Shown: piece after piece, positions 1-13,180 of the stretch
How positions within the stretch are numbered: position 1 is the first letter of the stretch
How the letters are laid out: every line of letters begins with the position of its first letter
Assembly (NCBI GenBank): GCA_030390025.1
Contig: JASTWF010000033.1
Location: 498,001-562,000 of the forward strand
Reading direction: 5' to 3'
Source: Squalus acanthias
Taxonomy: Eukaryota
DNA length: 64,000 bases
Translations under genes and position numbers: made by a program
Notes under the pieces: model-generated
The model's input: only the letters and a program-made list of their open reading frames with translations
Databases searched by the model: none
What the model was told of the DNA's origin: nothing

Positions 1-541
1 TGGCACATGAGCTCTGTCGAGAATCATATTGACAGATCCTCCGCATGCGCAGGAGAGGTGGGAAACCGAACATTTTTAGCTGTGAAAGTGAACAAGGTTC
101 TTTTTACAAAACCTGATGTAAGTTTTTAAACAACTTTAGTTTGTTAAATATTTCATTGGTTTTAGATCTGGTTTTGAGAAGTGAAGGTAATTTAACGAGC
201 AACTCTCGGTGTGGGCAAGGATTTCATTTTTTTAAATTTGAAAATGATTCTTCAAAAATGATTTATTTCACATTTACTAATGTTAAAGATAATTATGCCA
301 GAATATAGGAATTACTTATGTCTGACATTGTGAAAACGTTACATGTCTCAGAAATTTATTTCTGGTGGTGATATTCATCAGGCGGGTATGACGGGTGCCC
401 GATCCGATACCGGCCGTTTCCCACAACAGCCGGACATCAATTTCTACCCGCTCACTTTATTAAAATGTCTTTTACAACTCTTTCAATTTTTTCCCTAAAT
501 GCACTTCATCTGTTTAAAGAGGAAGTCTGTGAGGGAGAAAC

Positions 542-1692
542 ATGCCTCTTGACGATGTTGCCCAGATCCTCGGTGTGATTCTATAAAATATCAAAGCGAA
601 AACACCAGGGAACAACAACGAAGACTGATCAACTATCAGCGTCGCCTGATCAGGAGGAACTACCACCCACCCCAGAGAGTGTACAGGGAGAGGTTGTGTT
701 TTGAGATGCTGTCGGAGTAGTTGTGTGTGAGGACGTTGCGCTTCAGTAAAAAGGCAATCGGCCGACTATGTGACATGTTAAATGATGACCTGCAAACACG
801 CTCGAAGACCCGCACTGCATTGTCAGTGTCTATCAAGGTAACCACAGCGCTGAACTTCTTTGCATGCGGTTCATTTCAGGCAGGCACCGTTGACATTTCA
901 ATCTTCACCCAGACTGCTGCTGCGAGGGCCTGCATTCACCAGGTCACAGATGCAATTTTCCATAGGGCGTCAGAGTTCATAGACTTCGACTTGTCCACTC
1001 GGCAGCAAAAGGAGAGACCCTTGGATTTTATAGGATTGCTGGATTGCCCAAAGTGATTGGGGCCGTCGATGGAACCCATGTTGCATTGAAGGTACCAATT
1101 GATGCACCTGTGACATACATCAGCAGGAATTGGTATCATTCATTAAAGGTTATGATAGTCTGTGATGCAACTCAGGATCCTACACGTGAATGCAGATCTC
1201 CGGGGAAGTGTTCATGACTCCTTCGTCTTCCATCACTCGGACTTATATGGCGCCCTCAGCACATTGCCTCCAGGATCCGCATGGATATTGGGCGAAAAGG
1301 GCGGCCCGCTAAAACAATGGATGATGACACCATACCGTAGGACCAATGACGAGCCTCATGTGAGATACAACCGGGCACACCTGTCCACACAGCAAGTGGT
1401 GGAGAGGAGAATCGGGCTACTGGAATCACGCTTCCGGTGCCTGGACAGGTCAGGGGGAAATTTGCAGTACCCTCCTCTGAAATTGTCAAGGATTGTGGTG
1501 GCCTGTTGCACTTTGCACAACTTTGCCCTGCGGGAAGTACTGACCCTTAACCCTGCAGAGGAACTCACTGCTGAAATGGAGAACATGGGCGATGCCAATG
1601 TACCTGTGGCCAGGCCTGATGGGGAGGAGCCAAGTGCTGCCGAAAGTAAAGGTGCTGGGAAACTGTTAGCAGCGAACACGTTTACGAGGTGA
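542..1692 (+). pseudogene. PIF/Harbinger (HARBI1-like, DDE_Tnp_4) transposase, decayed
   Basis: Across frames: RFSKKAI..LCDML, ALNFFACGSFQ, GLPKVIGAVDGTHVAL (~1041-1088), GSVHDSFVF, WILGEKGGPLKQWMMTPY, YNRAHLSTQQVVERRIGLLESRFRCL, IVVACCTLHNFA. Contains stops and frameshifts; the expected LGD motif reads LGE. Confidence 0.92.
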
Positions 1693-2149
1693 TGAGAGTG
1701 TCGGCTTTTACCTCCCCCTCCCCAGCAAGGCACAGCAAAGTACACACACCATTTAAAGTGAAACAGTGAACCTTTATTGCAGCAACAAAGACTTTGGATG
1801 TACTTTTTTGATGTTCTTAGTGTTTAAATACAACTTGATTCCTAGATTTTTTCGACTTTGTAAACATTTCCAAAGAAAAATTGATTGATCAAAAAATGTA
1901 ACCAATTTCAAGTGACGTTTTGTGTTTCTTAGCGCAATAAACACATTCAAGTTGCAAACTAGCTTTTTCTTCTTTTTAGGCAGTTGTAATGTTGTAAGTT
2001 GTTTGTTAATAAATACGTTAAAAAATGTTAGAGACTAAATGCAATACATATGAAACGAAATGCTTAAATATACTATCATTCACAAATATAAATTTCAAGA
2101 AATAACACAACATCAACCTTTAAATAATAGCAAACATTAAATAATTGAA

Positions 2150-3778
2150 GATATGTCCCCTCGCATCTGTGCCTCAGGATTGAAGGAGGTGGAATGTGCA
2201 AAAGGCGACACCCTACTCTCTCCTGCGCTTTGCCCTTCCCCGTGACCGGAGCCCTCTCATGCCAAATGAAAGATCCCAGAGTGCCATCTCTTGCCCTTCA
2301 GCAGGTGGCTCGTGACAGCGTTTCTGCTGCTGCTGAAAGATTAACATTTTCATCCAACATAATTGACGGAGCTGCTGTCTCGTGGGTCTGCACTGTGTCT
2401 GCGCTGGGAGCAGGCAAGTGGGGTTCTACGGCAATCAAATGAACGGCTTCCGAAACTCCGATCCTTAACTGCAATAGTTGAACGAGAGAGTCGTTAACCT
2501 GCTTCAACGCCAGATTCAACTATTACCATCAAAGCAGACAAGCTGTGTGAAGCCATGGCGACCTGATTAACAATTGGCTGTGCAGTTGTGCTGAACCGAT
2601 TAATGGTCTGTAGACTTGTATCCAAATTATTGCATGTACTGCTCCCAAGAACATCAAACCCCCGCCTGATAGAGGCAAGAGAGTCACCTTTCTTCTCATG
2701 ATGATCAACCATACATTGGGCCAAAAATTCGGCTCCCTGGCTTCCCGCGGGTGCAAATATCGCGCGCGCACCTACCTACCGTGCCTGCCGTTGACTTCTG
2801 GGCCCACGGGGCTTCGGCTCTTGGGCCTCCTGCAGCTGCCGGCGCGCAGTGCTTGAGTACCGCAGGTGCGTAGTTAGTGCGATGCGTCCCCTGGGATCAC
2901 GTGGGCCATGAAGAGCCAATGGCAGCAGACCGTCTTTCATTCACAGATTTGACAGGAAGATTTGTCAAATCTATGAATAAAGATCGGCCCCAAAACATCC
3001 CTAAACCTTCCAGTTTTAAACATACAGATGAACAGACCAACTCACCTTTGCTTGCCCCAATGTCTGATTAGGTTCGCCAGGCACTGAACTGCCACGACTG
3101 ATCCAAGCAAGTGCGTGACTCTTTCCACTTGCTCCAATAACTCCCTCAGAGTGACAACACCACCGCCTGTCAGGGCACGCTCTCTGGCGTTAGGCACCAT
3201 TTTACTCTAAATTGAAAACAGAAATGAAAATGAAAATTCAGTTTTCCCTGCAGAGACCACCCACCCACCTGCTTTGGAAACAGGACCAGAGCCTGCTTTC
3301 GAGACAGGTTATTGTTCACTGATTGAAGTTTCAAACCTCAATTCTGAGGCGTAGAAATTATATGTTTAGAATCAGAGTCGAAGACCCAAACCTGCTCCAC
3401 AACAATTACATTTTACGACTAGCTCAGGTGCCTGGATAATGAAGTCACTTTGCAACAGCTATGCAACTAAACATGCTTTAAAGTCGTAATGTTAAATTTT
3501 ATCACATTTTAGATTTGACATTTCTAATAACTCTACAAACCTTGGCAGATCGCATCAAATCATTCAATTTTGGGGGGCATTGTTTTGCTGTCCATGGAAT
3601 GGTGGAGTTCGGGCTAACAGCCTGGGCAACTTCTGTCCAAGCTGCCATTTGTCCTTTCTGCGGCGCTCTTGACTTCTCAGTCCCAATGATCCGCAGGCTC
3701 TTTAAGGAGTGTGCTGATGTCATCGTCCGTTAAATTCTGAGCTCTTGTCATCATCATAACTGCGCTTGGTTTTTCCAT
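2150..3778 (-). pseudogene. Harbinger Myb/SANT-like DNA-binding gene, spliced and decayed
   Basis: Exon 1 3778-3541 (ATG..RAQNLTDDDISTLL / AAWTEVAQAVS..WTAKQCPPKLNDLMRSAK, then GT donor; frameshifted). Exon 2 3206-3046 (AG..NARERALTGGG..|GTGAG). Probable 3' exon ~2717-2150. Convergent with the transposase, as in two-gene Harbingers. Confidence 0.8.
2718..3000 (+). mobile_element. Left half of Harbinger-type MITE inserted in the Myb gene
   Basis: Starts GGGCCAAAAATTCGG after ATT; collinear with 4320-4590, including the internal hairpin. Confidence 0.8.
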
Positions 3779-4319
3779 TTCACTTTGCTGTTTAATTAAA
3801 ATTAACAAACATTATTTCAATGTTTTTAAAACACTATAAATTGCTTAAAATCTCTATAGAATTCTTTAAAACTATTTAAAATTCTTCAAATCCATGTAAA
3901 GGTCTTTTAAATTTTCCAGAAGCTTACAAAGGTTTTTGAAAACTATAAAGAAAGTACATACCAATGAGATAAACAGTTACTTTCAATGGTGAAGGCTCTG
4001 GAGATGTGAACAATATCGGGGGCGTGGCCTATGCAATTATAAATTTTGAAGGTTCTTGTGGGCGGGTGTCCCCTGCGATCGAAGCCCGAGGCTCCGTGCA
4101 CGCTGCGCTTCTGGGCGGCGTGCCGTTATATTTTGCCCAGGAGTCCTCTGGATGAAAGCGCAACTCCCCGTGGGCACAGAGACTGTAGGTAAATGCGGAT
4201 CGTGTTTTCTGGTCGGAGGCTACCGTACGCGGGCAGCCTCCGATCGCAATTTCAGGCGCAATTGTGTTCGACAAAGAGGAATGGGGGAGGGCTCAGGTGG
4301 AAATTGTAGTAAAAATAAT

Positions 4320-5078
4320 GGCCCAGAAATTCGCCTCTCCGGCTTGCCACGGGTGTAAGCATCACGCGCGCTCTTACCTACCGCGCCTGCCGTTGTGCTT
4401 TGGGCCCATGGGAACTTCAGCTCCTGGTTCTGCGCCAAGAGCTGGCGCGTAGTGCTTGCTTGTCCCAGGGGCATAGATAGTGCGATGCGTCCCCTGGGAT
4501 CACGTGGGCCATGGAGAGCCAATGGCAGCAGACCATCTTTCATTCATAGATTTGACAGGAGACCTGTCAAATCTGTGAATTGAAATCGTCCGCAAAAGAA
4601 CAGCTAAACTTAAAATAAATTTTGAAGAAATCATCACATTTATAAAATAACTATAGTTAAATAAATTAACCACTTTAAACAAAAATTTAAATTTTTGAAA
4701 AAATTAAAATACTTTTTAAACGTGATAAAAATAAACTTACCTTTCTTTAAAGTATCTAAAAAAGATAAACCTGTTGAAAAAAAAAATTATACTTAATTAA
4801 CCACTTACCTTGTTGAAAATGGATCTTGTGCCTCCTTTTTAACAGCGTAGTTTCTTCAATACTTACCCTCGCGTAGAAACCTGAAAAAAAATATACGTTT
4901 GCTGCGTGGGCGCAGCCTCTTCCATGCACGCGGTTCACCTAGGAACCGCCCCCTTCACCATACCGGAAGTTCCGGTTTCCCACGCATGCGCAGTGCATGT
5001 AGGAAACCGGCACTTCGGGACGCATTACGCGTGAGTACGGACTATGTACTCACCCGGGAAGGGCCGAATTTTTGGCCC
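4320..5078 (+). mobile_element. Complete Harbinger-type MITE
   Basis: TIRs GGCCCAGAAATTCG / CGAATTTTTGGCCC (12/14 match); 3-bp TSD AAT on both sides; AT-rich core. Confidence 0.85.
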
Positions 5079-5249
5079 AATAGTTCAATAATGAGCTGCA
5101 GTACAGCGGGAGTAAAACAACAATTAATGGAGCTGTTATAATAAATGGGTAACTGTGACAAAAAAATCAATAAACCACTGACGAATTATTAGAAGCCGTC
5201 ATAATAAAACGAAATGTAATCATTAATCAACGGGAGGTTATATTTGGTA

Positions 5250-6250
5250 GCATACCATGAAACATTTCAACCAGCCTTGGTCAGACTCCATCTGGATTAC
5301 TGCCTTCCAGTTGGGTTACTGAACATCGCGAATTATATATTGGCATTGGAGTGGTTGCAGTGCAGACACGCCAGAATATAACTAGGACTTAAAGGGTTAT
5401 ATTATGAGGACAGGCTTCTTCGGCAGCACCTCTTCCACCTAGAAGGACGAGAGCAGCAGGCGCATGGGGACACCACCGGCTCCAAGTTCCCCTCCAAGAC
5501 ACACACTCCTGACGTAGATGTATATCGCCGATTCTTCATCGTCGCTGGGTCAAAATCCGGCAACTCCCTCCCCAACAACTCAGTGGGAGTACCTTAGCCA
5601 CACGGACTGCAACGGTTCGCGAAGGTGGTTTACCACCTCCTTCTCAAGGGCAATTAGGGATGGGCAATAAATGCTGGCATTGCTAGCGATGCCCACATCC
5701 CATAAACGATTAAAGAAAAACATGTTGCATAAACCTTGCATTTGTTTTGGTTTAGAAGGTTGAGTGGTGATCTAATCGAGATATTGAAAATGGTTCAAAA
5801 TTTGGATATGGTAGACAGGGGGAATGTATTTCCACTGTTTGGGGAATCCCGAAGAAGAAGGCGTGGTCTTGAAATTATAGCTCGGCCGTGTCGGTGTGAT
5901 ATTATGAGGCACTTTTACACAGAAATGTTAGTAGGAATCTGGAACCCGCTCTTCACAGTGCTGTGGAAGCTGGGACAACTGATATTTTCAAGATTGAGAT
6001 TGATCGATTTTGTCAGCTAAGAGTATCAAGTGATCTGGATCAAAGGCGGTAAAGGAGGTTTGTGTTGGTCCATTGAATGGTGGAACAGGCTGGAAGGGAT
6101 GAACGGCCTAGTTTGGTTACCGAGTTCCGATAATTTGCATGTTTATGCGGAAAAGGTATGGTATAGGATTAATTTCCAGCTCTTTCAATGAGCCGGCACA
6201 GGCACGGCGGACCAAGTGGCCTCCCTCTGTGATGTAAGACTATGACTCTA
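5250..6250 (+). mobile_element. Old CR1 LINE 3' fragment interrupted by the 3' tail of another LINE family (~5418-5720)
   Basis: RRLSGDLIEILKMV..DMVDR translation and CR1-type tail; the insert ends GGGCAATTAGGGATGGGCAATAAATGCTGG..A-rich. Confidence 0.7.
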
Positions 6251-6500
6251 GGAGAGAGAGAGAGGAGGCATGAGAAAGAAAGAGTGGAGCGACAGAAAAG
6301 AGAAATAATAGAAAGCAATGGAGAGATGAGAGAGAACTGGAATGAAGGGAGCGTGACAGAGAGAGACAAGTAGAGAGAGGAAGACAGGGAGAAAGTGAAA
6401 GAGGGGAGAGACAGAAAGCGAGACAAAGAGAAACAGAGAGTGAGAGAAATTCATTGGAGAGACAGAGAAAGAGAGTTATTGAGAGATGGAGAGAGATATA
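6250..6500. repeat. GA-rich degenerate microsatellite
   Basis: Purine-rich (GA)n-like tract. Confidence 0.85.
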
Positions 6501-6660
6501 ATTAATGAATGCTGTTAAAATAAAAGACTTTCGCTCATTTATCACTTACCCTTTAAACACTACCCACTCCTTTAACAGGCTGTCGGTTTATTTATCCCTT
6601 TCCCTTTAAACACTAATCTCCCCTTGAATGTGCTGTTGGTTTATTTCTGTTTCAGTTGGT

Positions 6661-7310
6661 TAACCGGTCTCTCTCCGGTGTGAAGAAAGACCAAAGTCCA
6701 TCGAGTTGCCCTTCTCCCATCCTGGTAGTCGCACCATACAACGATACTGGGCTTGTTGCCTAATCACAGCGATCAATCTCTATCACTGAGTCCACAACAC
6801 ACCCAGACATGAGGCGTGAAAACCCCAGTGATGGAGTGATTTCAGAACATGAATTAGAAAATGTGCAGTGTGTTAGATCAGGAGTATCTGAGCATTTTAT
6901 CTTCACACACCGTGTAACTGTGTAAGGCTCATATACAGTTTCAATCACTCTCCACACACACAACATTCAAAAACGTCCAACCTGCAGGAATTAAGCCAGG
7001 GCATTTCAAACTGCCGGATCTATTAAAGCATTCAATGACTGTATCATTTCGCTACAGGGTGAATTCACCGATGAACCATCCAGTGACTTGATCTGTAGAA
7101 TGGTTTCACATGCACCTCGCATTCAAACTGTTTCCCTCCTGTGTGAATTCGCCGATGTACGGCCCGACTTCCGGACACATTAAATCACTTTCCAGACACT
7201 CTGCACCCAAACTCTCTCTCCGGTGTGGAATTGACGATGTCTTATGAAGGCTGTAAACGCGCAAAAATTAAACATTCAAACAGTCTCTCGCCGGTGTGAA
7301 GCCATTCAGT
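6661..7310 (-). pseudogene. Degenerate C2H2 zinc-finger array
   Basis: Minus-strand translation: LHTGERLFEC..RHRQFHTGER..FGCRVSGK*FN....AVHRRIHTGGKQFECEVHVKPFYRSSHWMVHR*IH; a further LHTGERP at ~6665-6685. Confidence 0.75.
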
Positions 7311-7689
7311 CTTTTTCACTTCGCTGTATCCTTACAATGTACTATACAATCATAGAATCAAACAGCACAGAAGGAGGTCACTCAGCCCATCCTGTCTGTG
7401 CCGACTCTTTCAAAGAATTAATTAGTGACACTACCCCGCTCCTTCCCCATAGCCCTGTAATGCTTCCCTTTTCAAGTAGCGATCAAATTCCCGTTTGGAA
7501 ATTACATAAAATTTTGTAGAATTTACAGCACAGAAACAGGCCATTCGACACAACAGGTCTACGCCGGTGTTTATTCTCCATACCAGTCTCCTACCATCTT
7601 ATCATCTCATCTTATCAACTTTTCTGTCTGCACCCATCTCCTGTAGTCACTAATCTAGCTTCTCATTAGCTGTATCTATGCTATTCTGC

Positions 7690-8605
7690 CCAACCACTCC
7701 CTGTGGTGGCGAGTTAAAAAATCTTCTGAATTGCGTGTTAGATTTCTTAGTGACCATTTTGTATTATTTGCCCCTAGTGTTTGACTCCCTCCAATTGGAA
7801 GTAACTGCTCTACGTCTATCCTATCGAAACCCTTCATAATTTAAAAATACCTCCAACCTGTCGCCTCAATCTTCTATTTTCTAGAGAAAAGAAGCACAGC
7901 CTGTTCATTAGTTCCTGATAATTGGATCCTCTCAGTGCTGGAATCATCCCTACAAATCTTTATTGCACTTCCTCCAATGTGTTTATATCGGTGTTATTAT
8001 ATGGAAACCGGAACTGTCAACAGTATTCTAAGTGTTCTATATAAGGTCAACATAAATTCTCTGCTTTCGAATTCAATTAATCGAGATCCATTGCTTTTTA
8101 TTGCACTTTTTTATAGTTCTGTTTACCTGTGTTGCTACTTTTCATGATTTGTGGATTTGTACCATTAAAACCTTTTGCGCCTCCACCCTATTTAAATTCT
8201 TATTTTCCAAGGAGTATGTGGCCTACATAACCCTCTTAACAAATGCACCACCTCACACTTATCTATATTGAAATTAATTGGTCATTTACACGCCTATTCT
8301 ACAAATATGTTAATGTGGTCTTATATATTCCTCAACATTAACTATACCTCGCAATTTGGTTTCATCCGCAAACTTTTATATTGTAATTTTGATTCCAGAA
8401 TCCAAATTATTTATGGAAATGCTGAACAGCAGTCGTCCCATCACTGATCCCTCTGAAACGCACTTTCCTCCTTGAACCAGTCTCAGGAGGTAACTGTAAA
8501 TCCTATTCATTATTTTGTAGACCGTTTGCTATCCATTCTGCCACTTGTACCCTAACGCCACAAGTCTAATATGTGGTATCTTATCAAAGGCCTTTTGTAA
8601 GTCCA
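7690..8605 (-). mobile_element. Old CR1 LINE fragment (RT to 3' end)
   Basis: MDLQKAFDKIPH motif and decayed downstream RT sequence. Confidence 0.75.
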
Positions 8606-8606
8606 T

Positions 8607-9210
8607 GGGGGAAAAATTCATTAACGCTCCGTTTGGGGGCGGCAAATTTTGAAAGCTGGGAAACTTAGCGCCAGGCGCTAATGATTCCCAAGTTTGGCAC
8701 AATACTGGATTTGCGCTCCAGGAAGGAAGTGGAGCGCTAAATGAACTGTTGCACATCATTACTGGAGCATTAAAGGACGCAGGTGGGGCGTTAGTGGTGC
8801 AGCGCTGCACAATGACACGTGCAGCGCTGTCGCGATCCGAGGCTCCTTCCCTACCTTAAAGGGAAGGGCCATGGCGGCAGGCTCTGCATTGGGAAGAGTT
8901 AGCTGGTCCTGAACGGAAGCAGCGATCCGGTCCGATCAGCCCCGTACACTCCAGTAGAGAGTCGGGCTGATCGATCGCGGCCCAGGAAAATTGAAAAAGT
9001 TGAAAAAAAATCATTTTACAAATGTTCCTACTTACCTCGGCAACCTCTCCATTAACTTCCGCCCCCGAAGCGCCCGGCATCCCGAACAACGCCTCCTGCA
9101 GTTGTCGGTTTTTTCGCACGGCGATGCTGCATGGGGTGGAACCGAAGTTCGTGCCTGGGGCGCTACTGCGGCGATGGGCTCGGCAGTGTCGTCACGATCT
9201 AATCTTTGAA
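8607..9210. mobile_element. GC-rich MITE-like insertion, truncated
   Basis: Abrupt CpG-rich block starting GGGGGAAAAATTC (similar to the other MITE TIRs) that cuts the CR1; no partner TIR found. Confidence 0.5.
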
Positions 9211-9382
9211 ATGAGCAAAGACACTATTCAATATTGCTGACATTTCACTGACATTTCCGGCACAAACCCGATGGGCCGAATGTTCTCCTTTCTCGCAATA
9301 AATTTCTATGATTACCTTTGAGTTTATATTATGCATCCCTCAGCAGCCTTTTCGCCATTTTAATTTTCCTTTTGTTGTTCGG

Positions 9383-10162
9383 CAATTTGGCACATTGGAT
9401 CCAAAATTGGCTTAGTGGCAGGAGGCAGAGGGTCATGGTCGAAGTTTGTTTTTGTGACTGGAAGCCTATGTCCAATGGTGTACCGCCGGGATCGGTGCTG
9501 GGTCCTTTTCTGTTTGTAGTGTACATTAATGATTAGATATGAATGTAGGAGGTATGATCAGTAAGTTCGCAGATGACACGAAAATTGGTGGAGTGGTAAA
9601 TAGCGAGGAGGGAAGCCTCAGTCGACAGGACGATATAGATGGGTTGGTTGGAGGTGCAGAACAGTGGAATTTAAACCTGAAAAGTTGGAGGTGATGCATT
9701 TTGGGAGGACTAACAAGGCAAGGGAATATACAATGAATGGTAGGACCCTAGGAAGGACAGAGGATCAGGGGGAACTTGGTGTGCAAGTACGTAGATCCCT
9801 GAAGGCAGCAGGTCAGGTTGATAAGGTGGTTAAAAAGGCATATGGGATACTTGCCGAGGCATAAAATATAAGAACAGGGAGGTTATGATGGAGCTGTACA
9901 AAACACTAGTTAGGCCACAGCTGGAATACTGTGTGCAGTTCTGGTTGCCAAACTATAGGAAGGATGTGATTGCATTGGAGAGGGTGCAGAGGAGATTCAC
10001 CAGGATGTTACTTGGGCTGGAGCACTTCAGCTATGAAGAGAGATTGGACAGGCTGGGGTTGTTTACCTTAGAGCACAGAAGGCTGAGGGGGGACCTGATT
10101 GAGGTGTACAAAATTATGAGGGGCATAGATAGGGTAGATAGAAAGGAACTTATCCCCTTAGT
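9383..10162 (+). mobile_element. CR1 LINE RT fragment
   Basis: [38 protein letters not shown]. Confidence 0.92.
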
Positions 10163-10199
10163 ATGTGTTTGTTTCCTAATTTATCTTTGCCTTCCTGAT

Positions 10200-10985
10200 T
10201 GTTTAATGCCCTACTTCCTATCTTTTTCCTATTCCATTTTGTCCCACTCTCCTTTTCTCTATATAATTTGTGATTGCCTCTATCTTTATTTTCAATTTTA
10301 GCCTTTTCTCTTTATTCATCCATGCTGTCTCATTGTTGAATATTTTGGTCGATGTTTTAACGAAATAATCTTCCCCATAACTTTCTTGATCTCATTGTAA
10401 ATGTTTTCAACAGCTCTTTGTCCGTATTTTTCCAGTGCACTTCTCCTATCTCCATTCTCATATCCTCATAAGCAACGTTTTTTCCCATTCCATTACACTA
10501 TTCTTTGTCTTACAAAATTCTATCTCAATCATTATCTTAAACCTTATTATGTTGTGATCACCTTTGCCTATATGTTCCCCTACACTTACTTCTGTTGCCT
10601 GCTTTGGTCCATTACTAATTGCTACATCGAGCAGTCCCTCATTTCTTGTTTGGATTCTTACGTTCTGGGTAAGAAAAAAATTCTAAACAAACCATAAATA
10701 TTGCATTCCATTTTCGCCTTTCAGTACCTCTTCTTCTCAATTTATATTGGGGTGGTTGAAACCTCGGATGATTATTTTCTCTGTATTTTACTCATTTCAT
10801 AAATTTGCATGTCTATTTCACCCTCCACTTCCCTTCCACTATTGGGTGATCTATAGTTTACCCCTATTAGAGTGAGCGATCCCTTCTCATCCTTTATCAC
10901 AATCCAAATGGATTCTGTTTCTATCTTACTGTTAAATATATAACTTATTTCTACTACCATTATGTTATCCCTAATTAGTACATCT
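10200..10985 (-). mobile_element. Old CR1 fragment including APE endonuclease region
   Basis: ESIWIVIKDEKGSLTLIGVNYRSPNS. Confidence 0.7.
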
Positions 10986-12415
10986 AGTTAGCACGGGAAT
11001 TACGAAATTAAAGGAAGAGAAAGAGTGGAAGATAAATGGAGAAAACGCAACTACAAGTTAGTCAGTGAGAAATAGAAATCAGTCATAACGAGAAACAAGC
11101 GGAGAGTTTGAAAGACAAACACAAAGTTAACAGATACAGAAATAGGGAGCGAATAGGACAAATAGAGGGTACAGCTGAGAGACAGTAGGAACTAACAATA
11201 TAATAAAACATAAGCTCACACGCTTCATAGAAAGCCAACAGTGGAAAGCCAACATTAGAAAGTGCCAGTTGACAAGTAAGGAGTCGTATGGTTCAATAAA
11301 TCGTCATGTTTATCATTAATATTCAAAGACTTCCTTCTATTTGATATTGTTCTTATCTTCAATACGTATATCAAACTGTTGATTTATTTCAAAAACATTA
11401 TCTCTAAACTGTATCTCATGTGTTGTAAACTATAGCCCAGCTTTGTCTATCTCCCTGTTGAGCAGATATCACTGTGGATGAGACACACGGATTGTTGCAT
11501 GAAATGGATGAACTGACTAACACAAGAGCTCAGCTGAAACTCAATAAAATAGCTGCCCTGCACTTGAAGTACAAATGGCGGAGCAGCCAATTAAATTAGC
11601 TACCTGACGCAAAACCCAATGTCTAACCTTCCCTGAATGTAATGCAGTTATCGAGCGATTCTTACTGCAATTCAGGAGAGGAACATCGAGGGATCAATAT
11701 TATATTAGTGACCTGGAAACACTCGGTACCACCTCTGGGCTTAGCTCAGTTGTTTATTCTGAATTAATTTAATAACAGGGTAGCCGGGTATTTCACCGCG
11801 CTCTTGAACTGCTCTCTGAATTTGGTCTGAGTCACCCCGTAAATAAATGTGTTTGTGCAGGAACTTAAGTTCTGCAGCATATATCCGAGTTGTGCAAAAA
11901 TAATTAATGAATCATTGTAATCTAAGTAATTTGTTCCTGCAATGGTATAATATAAGAAGTTAGTAACACATGTCTAAAACAAAAGTATGAAGCTGCCTGA
12001 AATTGTGCAGAGCAAAATGACGGACTTCATTCTGCTCTCCATCTCTGGGTCACTGCCATTCTCTCCCTTGCTCTGACCCCCAAGTCCCTTACGGACACGA
12101 CTGGCCACTAAAATGTGTCTGATGGTCAGAGCGTTGAGCAGCAAAATTAAAGCGAATGGTAGCAATGGGGTTAAAACTGTATCAAACCAGTCAAATGCCA
12201 ACCATCCGGGCTCAGTAAAACAGCTTGGTTTTATAACACAAAACCACGGGATATTGTCGATGATATACTTAGGTTCATAGATAAAGTACCAAGTAGCATT
12301 TTCAAACTCAGCAGAATGCAGGTGGTTGCTATAACCACAGCCGCAGTTTTCTTGGTGCAATATTTTGCTTTCAGCTTTTGGCAACAAATAGCAACAAAGC
12401 GATCAAAGGAGAAAG

Positions 12416-13180
12416 AACATAAGAAATAGGAGCAGGAGTAGGCCAATCGGCCCCTCGAGCCTGCTCCGCCATTCAATAAGATCATGGCTGATCTGATCCT
12501 AACCGCCAATCTACTATCTATCACAGAACCATCTCCTGCATCTAACAGAATTGCACACACGAAATAGGAGCAGAATCAGGCTACACAGTCCCTGGGCCCG
12601 CTCCACTACCCACAGGGCCATGACCGATCCGAACCTAGACTCATGTCCAAATTCCTGCCTGCTCCCCGTAACCCTTAATGCCCTTTACTTCTAGGAAACT
12701 GTCTATTTCTGTTTTAAATTTAATTAATGTTGTAGCTTCTACAGCTTTTTGTGGCAGCATATTCCATGGACCTACCACCCTCTGAGTGAAGTAGTTCCTC
12801 CTCATCTCAGTTTTGAAAGAGCAGCCCCTTATTCTAAGACTATGTCCCCTAGTTCTCGTCTCACCCGTCATCGGGAACATCCTCCCCGCATCCACCCGAT
12901 CCAACCCCTTCACAATCTTATATGTTTCAATAAGATCGCCTCTCATTCTTCTGAACTCCAATGAGTAGAGTCCCAATCTACCCAACCTCTCCTCATATGA
13001 CCACCCCCTCATCCCCGGGATTAACCGAGTGAACCTTTTTTGCACTGCTTCGAGAGCAAGGATGTCTTTCCTTAAGTAAGGACACCAAAACTGTATGCAG
13101 TATTCCAGGTGCGGTCTCACCAATACCTTGTACAACTGAAGCAATACCTCCCTATTTTTATATTCTATCCCCCTAGCAAT
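12416..13180 (-). mobile_element. Young 5'-truncated CR1 inserted in GPCR TM3
   Basis: Flanked by duplicated GAAAG (12411-12415 / 13181-13185); near-identical to 23086-23860. Confidence 0.95.

Larger units (their letters stand above)
1..4259. mobile_element. Autonomous-type PIF/Harbinger DNA transposon (left end probably outside window)
   Basis: Transposase plus Myb gene; TIR-like GCAATTTCAGGCGC at 4246-4259 followed by AAT. Confidence 0.75.

Noticed and set aside
721..1692. Host HARBI1 gene
   Set aside because: Stops, frameshifts, an altered catalytic motif and a transposon context.
5417..5431. CTTCGGCAGCAC resembling the U6 snRNA 5' end
   Set aside because: Only ~12 nt match; it continues as LINE 3' sequence.
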